IMG/VR virus record: IMGVR_UViG_3300037311_000208
Coordinates: 1 to 36,750 of that record
DNA length: 36,750 nt
Reading direction: 5' to 3' (one strand)
From: a virus
Taxonomy: Duplodnaviria > Caudoviricetes
Made by a program: the position numbers and the translations under genes. Position 1 is the first letter of the stretch. Every line of letters starts with the position of its first letter. Of this stretch, positions 6,676-14,769 are shown in pieces. The notes beneath the pieces are model-generated. The model did not search any database. It had not been told where the DNA came from and saw only the letters and a program-made list of their open reading frames with translations.

Positions 6676-7284
6676 CTACTGTGGCTTTGGGTGAGACGGT
6701 TCCAACGGAAGGCGCGGATCTTCACTACAAAGCCCCCGCGTTGCTGCGGCGATCTTGAGAGGGTCAGCCTTGTACAGACGTCCGGCCGCGGTTCGTGCTT
6801 GCCAAACAAACGCGATAGAGCACGAAGCTCCGCGGATTTCGTGGTCGCGGTAGATGCGCCAGTTGGCATCGCCAAAGCGGCTTGACCCAAAGTCGGCGAC
6901 TTCAAGCAGCGACAGGGTTACTAGGTGGTCGCCGAATACGTCATACACCAGAGCGCGAATCTCCAGAGCCCGAATTGGCTCCTTAGCGGATACAGACCAC
7001 CGAAGCAAGTATCTGTAGTCTCGAGGTGGCCCGGCCTCGAAGTGCAGGACTTGAATGCCGGCCTCCGAGGTCAACAGGACCGGCGCAGAGGCATCGGTCA
7101 ATACGAAGCTCTGCCTGCTCAGCTTGGAGTCGGGGTTAAGCGCGTCAAGCTGGCTGAATGGGATCCGCATGGACCCCGCGTCGACCTTCACCACTTGCAC
7201 TTGCCCCACGGCCGGCGGCACGACAAGCGAACTGAGCGTAATGAGGGAAAGGCCGCAGAAGTGACTGGTTTTCGCCATGGTCAC
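6676..7284 (-). CDS. hypothetical exported protein (moron-like, lower GC)
   Basis: About 200 aa ORF with an N-terminal hydrophobic signal-like segment; lies downstream of the repressor. Confidence 0.65.
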   Translation of the reverse strand: MTMAKTSHFCGLSLITLSSLVVPPAVGQVQVVKVDAGSMRIPFSQLDALNPDSKLSRQSFVLTDASAPVLLTSEAGIQVLHFEAGPPRDYRYLLRWSVSAKEPIRALEIRALVYDVFGDHLVTLSLLEVADFGSSRFGDANWRIYRDHEIRGASCSIAFVWQARTAAGRLYKADPLKIAAATRGLCSEDPRLPLEPSHPKPQ

Positions 7285-7425
7285 ATCACAAACGCTTCAT
7301 TGGTCTAGTGGTGAATATTCCCCAGGTCCCATGAATGCACTGAATATGCGCGCTATGTCCCAACTGAGACGGCGCGCTTCGCGGGGTCTTGGGTTGCTTT
7401 GGCAACATGCACACTGGGCCTTGGT

Positions 7426-7842
7426 TCAACCCGCGCGATGCCGCTTCTGCTTGGCGGTGTCGGCGCCCTCTCCCCCCAATTCGTGGCGCTCAGGTGCCTT
7501 GTCGAGGACCTCGGCAAGTGCGCGATTCATCGCGCCTTGCACATACCCCTTCGCCGCATCGTCGCAAGCATCCCAGGAGCTTTGTGCAACGAACGGGAAT
7601 GGCCACTCGCGTTCATCAGGGTTGCCCACGCCGGCCACGAGCCAGCGCAGTGAGACCTGAAGCGCTAACGCGAGCCAATAGGCGTGTTCGCTGGTGCGAG
7701 ACCGACGGTTCTCGAGTGCCGACAGGTTTTGCTGGTTGAGGGGCGTCGAGGGGGAGAGCGAGTTCACCAAGTCGCAAAGCTCCGCCTGCCGCAGCTGCAA
7801 CTGCTCTCTGCGAAGCTTGACTCGCTCACCAAGGGTGCTCAC
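7426..7842 (-). CDS. CI-like XRE-family HTH repressor (no peptidase domain visible)
   Basis: STLGERVKLRREQLQLRQAELCDLV...NQQNLSALENRRS...LALALQVSLRWLVAGVG is an XRE HTH; divergent from the cro-like gene; GTG start inferred. Confidence 0.85.
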   Translation of the reverse strand: MSTLGERVKLRREQLQLRQAELCDLVNSLSPSTPLNQQNLSALENRRSRTSEHAYWLALALQVSLRWLVAGVGNPDEREWPFPFVAQSSWDACDDAAKGYVQGAMNRALAEVLDKAPERHELGGEGADTAKQKRHRAG

Positions 7843-7855
7843 AGCCGCAGTCTCA

Positions 7856-7917
7856 CGACAGATGTAGTAAACGGCAAACAACGGCTGTAGATGAAAAGAC
7901 TACAGTTGTTGTATGCT
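7856..7917. promoter_or_regulatory. OR-like triple operator and pR region
   Basis: CGAC-AGAT-GTAG 7856-7867, CAAC-GGCT-GTAG 7879-7890, CTAC-AGTT-GTTG 7900-7911; -10-like TATGCT at 7912-7917. Confidence 0.75.
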
Positions 7918-7924
7918 GCGGCCC

Positions 7925-8218
7925 ATGAAAGCAATTCATGTGGCAGTACAGGCCGCTGGTGGGCAGTCCGCCCTGGCAGGCGGTATCGGCGCAACGCAGC
8001 AGCAGGTTTGGAACTGGCTGCGCCGCGGCGATGCGGTGCCGCCCGAGTTCTGCGCTCAGATCGAGCTCTTTCTGCGCGGGGCTGTGACTCGGTGGCAATT
8101 GAGGCCGGACGACTGGCACCGCATCTGGCCCGAGCTGGTGGGCACCGAAGGCGCCCCGCCCATCCCCGTGCCCGCAGCGCCGGCCGCCACCGCAGAGGCT
8201 GGCCATGCAGCAGCGTGA
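7925..8218 (+). CDS. Cro-like/YdaS-family HTH regulator
   Basis: GGQSALAGGIGATQQQVWNW...VPPEFCAQIE...VTRWQLRPDDWHRIWPEL; divergent from cI. Confidence 0.85.
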   Translation: MKAIHVAVQAAGGQSALAGGIGATQQQVWNWLRRGDAVPPEFCAQIELFLRGAVTRWQLRPDDWHRIWPELVGTEGAPPIPVPAAPAATAEAGHAAA

Positions 8219-8558
8219 CCTCCCGGCGCTGCCGATTGCGCCGCTGATGCCCGACACTATTGGCGCAGCTCTGTCTGCCGAGGTCTGCAACCCGGGCACT
8301 CGCGGCTGGCAACCGTACTTGTGGCTCGATGCGCGCACCAGTCGCACAGCAGCCATCGTGCGCGCCGGTGGTCTCTGGGCCGAGTTCTGGCTGGGTGAGC
8401 TGGTGTGGGTGCGCTTCGAGTTCAGCCACCTGGCCTTCAGCCGGGCAGTGTTCCGAGCAGCCGAAGTGCGTCTGGTGCGTGATCCAGAGCAGCCCCGACC
8501 AGACGGCGAGTGGCTTCCGCCAGTCCCTCCGCACCGGCGTGCTGCAGCCAGCGCATGA
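8205..8558 (+). CDS. hypothetical protein
   Basis: Follows cro with a plausible RBS, but its 3' end overlaps an opposite-strand gene. Confidence 0.35.
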   Translation: MQQRDLPALPIAPLMPDTIGAALSAEVCNPGTRGWQPYLWLDARTSRTAAIVRAGGLWAEFWLGELVWVRFEFSHLAFSRAVFRAAEVRLVRDPEQPRPDGEWLPPVPPHRRAAASA

Positions 8559-8922
8559 CACGCGTTTTCTCTTCCGGCGGCACGTCGCCACGCTCGGCGC
8601 GCTCCTCGATCAGTGCGCGCAGCGTGTCTGCCTGCAGCCGCACGGTCACCACATTGAGCACGGCGCCCAGGCCGCCGTCGGCTTGCAGGAAGTCCAGCCC
8701 TCGCGCATTGATGCGTGCGTCGAGGATGGCGACGTCGTCCAGGCAGCGCGACTCGGTGATGGTGACCAACCCCTGCTCGGCCAGGTACGACATGTTTACG
8801 AGCCAGCGCGGATCGTTCTGCGCCATGCCGATCGGGAGCTTTTCTGGTTCGGCTTCGCGTGGGTACACGTTGCCCAGTTGCCTGAGCAGCTCGAGCTGCA
8901 GGCCGCGGTCGAGAAGTTCCAT
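8437..8922 (-). CDS. hypothetical protein, winged-helix-like
   Basis: AGGAGG RBS; NMSYLAEQGLV...INARGLDFLQADGGLGAVLNVVTVRL resembles a recurrent prophage protein family. Confidence 0.75.
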   Translation of the reverse strand: MELLDRGLQLELLRQLGNVYPREAEPEKLPIGMAQNDPRWLVNMSYLAEQGLVTITESRCLDDVAILDARINARGLDFLQADGGLGAVLNVVTVRLQADTLRALIEERAERGDVPPEEKTRVMRWLQHAGAEGLAEATRRLVGAALDHAPDALRLLGTLPG

Positions 8923-9035
8923 GGGTGCCCTCCTGGTGAGGCTGGTGGTCGTGGGGATGACCAGCGTACACCGGGCAGGGCGCCCGCCTAACCCCCAATC
9001 GGTTGTCTCCTCTCGGGCGTTCGCGTCCGAGTTCG

Positions 9036-9072
9036 CGCGCTCCGGGTCTGCCGGCCCGGGGCGCGGTTCTTT
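9036..9072 (+). terminator. tR1-like hairpin with short U-rich tail
   Basis: 13-bp stem CGCGCTCCGGGTC-TGCC-GGCCCGGGGCGCG (two G-U pairs) followed by GTTCTTT. Confidence 0.5.
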
Positions 9073-9141
9073 GTCGTCTGCACGGCTTGGCCATGCCTTC
9101 AGCTTTGGCCGGATTCAACTGGTAAGGGAACGGGTAAGCCG

Positions 9142-9510
9142 ATGAATTCCTCCGATCGCCTGACGCTGCCCCTGCCCCTGTTCGGCGGGGTGGTGCAGCC
9201 CCAGCGCCTGGTGGTGCCGCCCGAGGTGGTGATGGGCCTGAAGAGCTGGCGCCACGCCTGCCGCCTGGCCTGGAAGCTGCGCAACCCGCGCATCACGCTG
9301 CGCACGTTCGCCGAGCTCACGGACAGCTACGTGAGCCACTGCAGCGACTACTTCAGCGTGCACGACACCCGGCGCGAGCTGCCGGCCCGCAAGGCGGGCA
9401 TCGCCTGCCTGGTGCTGGGCAATACGGTGCTGGTGCAGTGGCTGGCTCAGGAGAGCCGCGTCACGCTGATGGAGGAGCTGCAGGCGCAGCGCAACCGGAG
9501 GGCGGCATGA
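9142..9510 (+). CDS. CII-like/HTH transcriptional regulator
   Basis: Position after cro; ITLRTFAELTDSYVSHCSDYFS HTH-like segment and LGNTVLVQWLA. Confidence 0.6.
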   Translation: MNSSDRLTLPLPLFGGVVQPQRLVVPPEVVMGLKSWRHACRLAWKLRNPRITLRTFAELTDSYVSHCSDYFSVHDTRRELPARKAGIACLVLGNTVLVQWLAQESRVTLMEELQAQRNRRAA

Positions 9511-9770
9511 ACGCACGCGCCGTCTCTGGCACCCTGCCGCCGCGGCTGGACCCGACGGCCGTGTACCGCACGCCCGCGGGCCGGCTGTGCGTGGTGCGCG
9601 ACGTGGACTACCACGAGCCGCTGCTGCGCAACGGCGCCGCGGTGGCGCACCTCGAGTACTTGCAGCCCGATGGGCGGCCGATGCGCACCAACATGGTCGA
9701 CGGCTTCAGCCTGAGCCGTGACAACTGGCCGCTGCTCAAGGTGGCGGGCAAGCGGCAGGGTGGTGGCTGA
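9507..9770 (+). CDS. hypothetical protein (MNARAVSG...)
   Basis: ATGA overlap with the upstream gene; GGAGG RBS. Confidence 0.65.
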   Translation: MNARAVSGTLPPRLDPTAVYRTPAGRLCVVRDVDYHEPLLRNGAAVAHLEYLQPDGRPMRTNMVDGFSLSRDNWPLLKVAGKRQGGG

Positions 9771-10066
9771 TGCGCGGCCGGCCAGCGCGTTCTTACGGCC
9801 CGGTGGCCGAGGCCCTGGTGCAGGCAGCCGGGCAGGGCCCCGGCGCCGTGAAGGACCTGGCCGCTCGGGCCCAGGTGGGCTTCAGCGTGGCGCGCTACAC
9901 GGCCAGCCGGCTGCTGGCGGCCCGCGCGCTGGTGGTGGTGGCGCCTGGCCGCCCGCGCGTGCTGGGCGTGCCGCCGGCCGGCAGCTCGGTGCACGACGCG
10001 CTGCAATCTCTGTCGGCTGCCTTGCACTCCGGTGGACACCAGGCGCCCTTGTTCGCTGAGCAGTAG
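9770..10066 (+). CDS. small winged-HTH-like protein
   Basis: VKDLAARAQVGFSVARYTASRLLAARALVVV; TGATG overlap. Confidence 0.6.
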   Translation: MRGRPARSYGPVAEALVQAAGQGPGAVKDLAARAQVGFSVARYTASRLLAARALVVVAPGRPRVLGVPPAGSSVHDALQSLSAALHSGGHQAPLFAEQ

Positions 10067-10077
10067 GCCCGGGCTCC

Positions 10078-12723
10078 ATGTCTCAACGCAACGGCGGGTA
10101 CACGCCGATCGACTTCGACGCCGTCGAAAGGGCGCTGCTCGACGGCGCCGACAGGCTGGTGCCGGACTGGCTGCCAGGCGGCAAGAAGGTGGGGCCGGAG
10201 TGGGTGTGCGCCGATCTCTCAGGCGGTGAGGGCCGCAGCTGCAGCGTCAACCTGGTCAAGGGCTACTGGTCGGACTTCGCCAGTGGCGAGCGCGGCAAGA
10301 ACCTGCTCGACCTGTACTGCGCGGTGTACGGCAAAGAGCGCGTCGACGCCGCGCGCGAGCTGATGCCCGAGCTGGGCCTGGCGCCCGCGGCAGCGCAGAC
10401 GTCTGCACCCCCACCTCCGCAAAAACGCGCGGCGCCTGCGGCTGCGCCGGGGAAGAAGCCGGTGGCCGACGAAGGCTGGACGACGGTGACCCCGGTGCCC
10501 GAGCACGCGCCGCCGGCGACGTTCAAGCACTACGCGCGGCGCGACGAAGACATCGAGCACGTGGCGGACTACCGCGACGAGCTGGGCCTGTACGGCCACG
10601 TGGTGCGCTTCCGTACCAGCGACGGTGGCAAGGACCCGCTGCCCCGCACCTGGTGCACCAGCTCGAAGGACGGCGCCAGCTGCTGGAAGTGGAAGCAGTG
10701 GGACGTGCCGCGACCGCTGTACCTGCCCGGCCACCAGCGGCCTGCAGGCCGCACCGTGGTGCTGGTGGAGGGCGAGAAGAAGGGCGACGCCCTGCAGGCG
10801 CTGCTGGATGGCTTTGCGCCCGGCGTGTACTGCGTGGCTTCATGGCCCGGCGGCAGCAAGGCCTGGAAGAAGGCCAACTGGTCGTGGCTGGCCGGCGCGC
10901 ACGTGCTCTGCTGGCCAGACTGCGATGCCAAGCGCGAGCCACTGACGGCGGCCGAGCGGCAAGGCTGTGCCGACGAAGCCGCGCGCCTGGTGCTGCAGGC
11001 TGCCAAGCCGCTGCTGCCGGCTGACAAGCAGCCCGGCATGCAGGCGATGCTGGGCATCGGTTCCGTGCTGCGGGCAGACCATGGGTGCACGGTGCAGCTG
11101 CTGCCCATACCGGCGCCTGGCGAAGTGGTGGACGGCTGGGACTGCGGCGACGCCGTGGCCGAGGGCTGGGACGGTGAGCGTGTGCTGGGCTTTTTCGCCG
11201 GCGCCTACGCGCTTCCGGCGTGGGCCGGCGGCGACAAGCCGAAGCCCACCGGCGGCGACGCCACGCCACCAGGGCCACCAGGTGAGCCGGGCGCCGGCGC
11301 GGATGACGACGGCGCGCCCGACGATGCGTTCCAGGAACACATTGAGTACCTGGCAGCCAAGATGGAGTGCGAGATCTGGCAGATCGGCGTCAACCGCAAC
11401 CTGGTGATGGCGGCGCTGAACAAGGCACCGGCGCTGGTGGGCTGCCTTGCGTACAACGACCTTACCAACGCGCTGTGCACGGTGCGGCCCTGGCCATGGC
11501 GCGATGAGCCCGGCCTGGTGGCCGACAACGATGACCTGCGCCTGGGCGAGTGGTTGAGCCGCACCTACAAGCTGAAGGCCGCCAGCCGCGCCGCGCTGGA
11601 CGAGGCCATCCAGACAGTGGCCGACGGCAGCCGCTTCCACCCGATTCGTGACTGGCTGAAGTCCATCAAGCACGACGGGCGCCCGCGGCTGAAGAAGTGG
11701 CTGCTGCACGCGCTGGGCATGGACCTGGCCAAGGTGGGCCCAAGGCGCCAGGAGTACCTGGGGCTGATGGGCCAGTACATGCTGATGGGCCTGGTGGCGC
11801 GCGTGATGCAGCCCGGCTGCAAGTTCGACTACAGCCCCGTGCTCGAGGGCAAGACGGGCATGGGCAAGAGCACCTTCGTCGAGGTGCTGGTGGGCAAGGC
11901 CCACTTCAGCGACACGCACTTCGACATCGGCAACGGCAAGGACGGCATGGAACAGCTGGAGGGCCTGTGGGCCTACGAGCTGAGCGAGATGACCGCCTTC
12001 CGCCGCGCCGACAGTGAGCAGGTTAAGCAGTTCTTCAGCTCGACGGTGGACCGCTACCGCGGGGCCTATGGCAAGTTCGTTCGGCCGCACCCTCGGCAGT
12101 GCGTCATCTTCTGCACGACGAACAAGCGCCAGTACCTGTACGACCTGACCGGCAACCGGCGCTTCTGGCCTGTGTGGGTGGACCAGCGGATCCGCCTGCA
12201 GTGGCTGCTGCGGTGGCGCGAGCAGCTCTTCGCTGAGGCCTACGCCCTATGGGCTGCAGGCGAACGCTACTTCCCGACCTACGAGGAAGAGGAGCGCTAC
12301 TTCGTGCCTGAGCAGCGGCAGCGCCTGGTCGAGACCACGGTGCAGGCGCGGATGTTCGAGCTGCTCACGCGCGAGGGAGCCTTGCCCACAGAAGGCCGAG
12401 CGACGAGCCAGCTGAGCCAGGACACCAGTTTCGTGACGATGCCCGAGCTGTGCCAGGCGCTGGGCGCCGACCCTGCGAAGAGCACGGCACAGCTCGAGAG
12501 CCAGATCCGCAGCTGGCTCGACGCCTATGGGTGGCTGCAGCACCGTGAAGGTGGTGGCGGCCGGAGGCGGGGGTTTCGGCGGCCCGAGGTGTGGCCGCCA
12601 CCCGCGGAAGACGATGACGATGCCCCTCCAGCGCCGCCGGCGTCGGAGGCATCCACTGAGACCGGCTCGGCGCCCACGGTGGCGGTCGAGCCGGATGGAG
12701 GCAGCGATGACGAGCCGTTCTGA
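10078..12723 (+). CDS. phage primase-helicase fusion (Toprim-like primase plus VapE/VirE-type P-loop helicase)
   Basis: VVLVEGEKKGDA...WPGG...WPDCD Toprim motifs; QPGCKFD...LEGKTGMGKST...ELSEM...TTN...YLYDLTGNRRFWP VapE signature. Confidence 0.88.
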   Translation: MSQRNGGYTPIDFDAVERALLDGADRLVPDWLPGGKKVGPEWVCADLSGGEGRSCSVNLVKGYWSDFASGERGKNLLDLYCAVYGKERVDAARELMPELGLAPAAAQTSAPPPPQKRAAPAAAPGKKPVADEGWTTVTPVPEHAPPATFKHYARRDEDIEHVADYRDELGLYGHVVRFRTSDGGKDPLPRTWCTSSKDGASCWKWKQWDVPRPLYLPGHQRPAGRTVVLVEGEKKGDALQALLDGFAPGVYCVASWPGGSKAWKKANWSWLAGAHVLCWPDCDAKREPLTAAERQGCADEAARLVLQAAKPLLPADKQPGMQAMLGIGSVLRADHGCTVQLLPIPAPGEVVDGWDCGDAVAEGWDGERVLGFFAGAYALPAWAGGDKPKPTGGDATPPGPPGEPGAGADDDGAPDDAFQEHIEYLAAKMECEIWQIGVNRNLVMAALNKAPALVGCLAYNDLTNALCTVRPWPWRDEPGLVADNDDLRLGEWLSRTYKLKAASRAALDEAIQTVADGSRFHPIRDWLKSIKHDGRPRLKKWLLHALGMDLAKVGPRRQEYLGLMGQYMLMGLVARVMQPGCKFDYSPVLEGKTGMGKSTFVEVLVGKAHFSDTHFDIGNGKDGMEQLEGLWAYELSEMTAFRRADSEQVKQFFSSTVDRYRGAYGKFVRPHPRQCVIFCTTNKRQYLYDLTGNRRFWPVWVDQRIRLQWLLRWREQLFAEAYALWAAGERYFPTYEEEERYFVPEQRQRLVETTVQARMFELLTREGALPTEGRATSQLSQDTSFVTMPELCQALGADPAKSTAQLESQIRSWLDAYGWLQHREGGGGRRRGFRRPEVWPPPAEDDDDAPPAPPASEASTETGSAPTVAVEPDGGSDDEPF

Positions 12724-13083
12724 CCAGCGAGCGCAGCACCGGGCTGCGGAAAAGGTCGCGGCTCTCGATACGCGACGGTGCTGGCCGGGTGCGGGAGGCG
12801 CGATTCGCGGCCCCCGGTGCGGCGCCGTGGCGGGGAGATCGCTGCACGGGCCCATGACGTAGCGCAGCTGTCGACCAGGCGGAGGCAGGCGCGGCCGTCC
12901 AGGCCGTCCAGCCATCGCATGGAGTGCACCGGCCCCTGGGTTGCCGCCGTTGGCCCCAGTGAAGCCGCTGCATGGCCGATCGCGGCGCTGGGATGCAGGG
13001 GCAGGCGGGTGCAGGCGTCTGCGCGCAGCCGCGCGCGCGACCTCTGCGAGTGTGTGTTGATCTCTATAGAAAGGGTGGACGAG

Positions 13084-13410
13084 GTGGACGGAACCAAGCC
13101 GAACCGACAGGACATCGACCGCCAGGCCCAGGCGCTCAAGGTGACGATGCCGCACACCTACGCGGCCATCCAGCGCAAGGCTGGCGAGATCGGCCGCACG
13201 GCCTACGCGCTGGTGCGGCGCGGCCTGGGTGGCGAGCCCAACTGCTTCTGGGCGGCCGAGGGCGGCCACGTGGTGGGCACGCCCTTCGCGGTGGGCCATC
13301 CGATCAACGCGGCAGTGGCGGAGGCCATGGTGAGCTTCGGCGCGCGCTCGGTGGTCATCTGGGCCGAGGTGGCCGTGCAACCGCAGGGGCAGCATGGCGC
13401 GCAGGCCTGA
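13084..13410 (+). CDS. hypothetical phage protein (start uncertain)
   Basis: MPHTYAAIQRKAGEIG...GEPNCFWAAEGGHVVGTPF; operon position. Confidence 0.65.
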   Translation: MDGTKPNRQDIDRQAQALKVTMPHTYAAIQRKAGEIGRTAYALVRRGLGGEPNCFWAAEGGHVVGTPFAVGHPINAAVAEAMVSFGARSVVIWAEVAVQPQGQHGAQA

Positions 13411-13768
13411 CATCGAAGCGCGGCTGCAGCGGTGGGCGCAGGCTGTGACGGTCGGCGACGGCTCAGGCTTCCCGGCGGTGAACGTGCTGGACCGCAGCTG
13501 GTCACCACCGTCGCCAGGCACCACGCCCACGCTGAAGGTGACGAAGGCAGGCGACGCGCCCGAGACACACGCGGCCATTGCGCAGCTCAGCATGCGCCTG
13601 CGCAACACGGTGGTGGCGCACTACTGCCTCAAGCTGGGCGTGGCCGAGCATGCGGAGCGGGTAGGGTGCGCGCCTCGCACTGTGCACGATCGCATCGACG
13701 AAGCGCACCGACAGCTAAGCGCGCTGCTGGCCGAACCGATTTTTTGCAACATGCACGATCCCGGGTAG
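13394..13768 (+). CDS. Q-like antiterminator/late regulator with C-terminal HTH
   Basis: IEARLQRWA...LRNTVVAHY...HAERVGCAPRTVHDRIDEAH; lies just before the late promoter, terminator and packaging genes. Confidence 0.72.
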   Translation: MARRPDIEARLQRWAQAVTVGDGSGFPAVNVLDRSWSPPSPGTTPTLKVTKAGDAPETHAAIAQLSMRLRNTVVAHYCLKLGVAEHAERVGCAPRTVHDRIDEAHRQLSALLAEPIFCNMHDPG

Positions 13769-13771
13769 AGT
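13743..13771 (+). promoter_or_regulatory. pR'-like late promoter
   Basis: TTTGCA/TTGCAA with 16-17 bp spacer and TAGAGT, at the end of the Q-like gene. Confidence 0.5.
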
Positions 13772-13830
13772 TCGGCACGCTCGGGGCTTCTGCACTCTGA
13801 GCGTTGCCACTCCTCGGGGCCCGTGCCCCT

Positions 13831-13875
13831 CACCAAGCCCCGCCGCGGCAACGCGCGCGGGGCTTGGTGCTTCTT
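13831..13875 (+). terminator. tR'-like terminator
   Basis: 13-bp perfect stem CACCAAGCCCCGC/GCGGGGCTTGGTG, inner CGCG-GCAA-CGCG GNRA hairpin, then CTTCTT. Confidence 0.65.
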
Positions 13876-13888
13876 GCGCCTGGCTGGC

Positions 13889-14308
13889 ATGTCCCAACAC
13901 CACCATCTCTACAACCTGGCGGCCTGGAAGCGGGCCCGCCACGCACAGCTGCTTCTGAAGCCGCTGTGCCGCATGTGTGGTGAGCTTGGGCTATTCGTGC
14001 CTGCAACCGTGGTCGACCACGTGGTTCCTCATCGCGGCGATCGCGCTCTCTTTCTGGACTCCGAGAACCTGCAGAGCCTGTGCAAGCCGTGCCATGACAG
14101 GCACAAGCAGGCGCAGGAACACCAGCGCGACGGGCTCATCCGCGGTAGCGGGCGCAGCGGGCAGCCGCTCGACCTGGCCCACCCCTGGCACGCCGCCGGG
14201 CGCCTCAGGGGAGGGGGGGGGCAAAAGTCGGGGGAGGGGGCCGACCAGACCGGAGGGTTCACGTCGTTCGCAGCGTGTCATAACTCGGAGGGGGGGGCTT
14301 TGGCATGA
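13889..14308 (+). CDS. HNH endonuclease (terminase-associated, HK97 gp74-like)
   Basis: PLCRMC...ATVVDHVVPHRGD...NLQSLCKPCHDRHK. Confidence 0.9.
   Translation: MSQHHHLYNLAAWKRARHAQLLLKPLCRMCGELGLFVPATVVDHVVPHRGDRALFLDSENLQSLCKPCHDRHKQAQEHQRDGLIRGSGRSGQPLDLAHPWHAAGRLRGGGGQKSGEGADQTGGFTSFAACHNSEGGALA
14205..14300. other. putative cos/packaging region
   Basis: GGGGGGGGGCAAAAGTCGGGG...AGACCG...GGGGGGGG between the HNH core and terS, the usual position and look in HK97-like cos phages. Confidence 0.5.
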
Positions 14309-14769
14309 GCAGGCCTCGCAAGCCCAGTGCGCTGAAGGTGGTTGCCGGGACGGACCGTGCCGATCGCCGCAACGGCGCCGAGCCCGAGCCGATCCTGCTC
14401 AACGACCTGGAGCCGCCCGCGCACCTACGAGAGCGATCAGCCGCTGTCTGGCGCGAGCTCGCCCCGCTGCTGCGCCGCAACCAGGTGCTCACCGAGATGG
14501 ACGTCCTGGCACTCGAGCTGCTGTGCGACTCGGTCGCGGACTACCGCCTGGCGCGCGAAGAGCGCGGCGACAACTTCACCACCACCAGCGCCAAGGGCAG
14601 CCAGATGCTCGACCAGCTGCTGGTGGCCCAGCAGGCTTGCGCCAAGCGCTGCGAGACCCTGATGGGCCGCTTCGGCATGGATCCGGCCAGCCGAAGCCGC
14701 GTGATGGTCAACCCCCAGGGTGATCTTTTCGGCCAGCCGCCGAGCGGCAAGGCGAGGTTCTTCAAGTGA
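14305..14769 (+). CDS. terS: terminase small subunit (P27 family)
   Basis: RPRKPSALKVVAGT...PPAHL...W...FGMDPASRSRV. Confidence 0.9.
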   Translation: MSRPRKPSALKVVAGTDRADRRNGAEPEPILLNDLEPPAHLRERSAAVWRELAPLLRRNQVLTEMDVLALELLCDSVADYRLAREERGDNFTTTSAKGSQMLDQLLVAQQACAKRCETLMGRFGMDPASRSRVMVNPQGDLFGQPPSGKARFFK

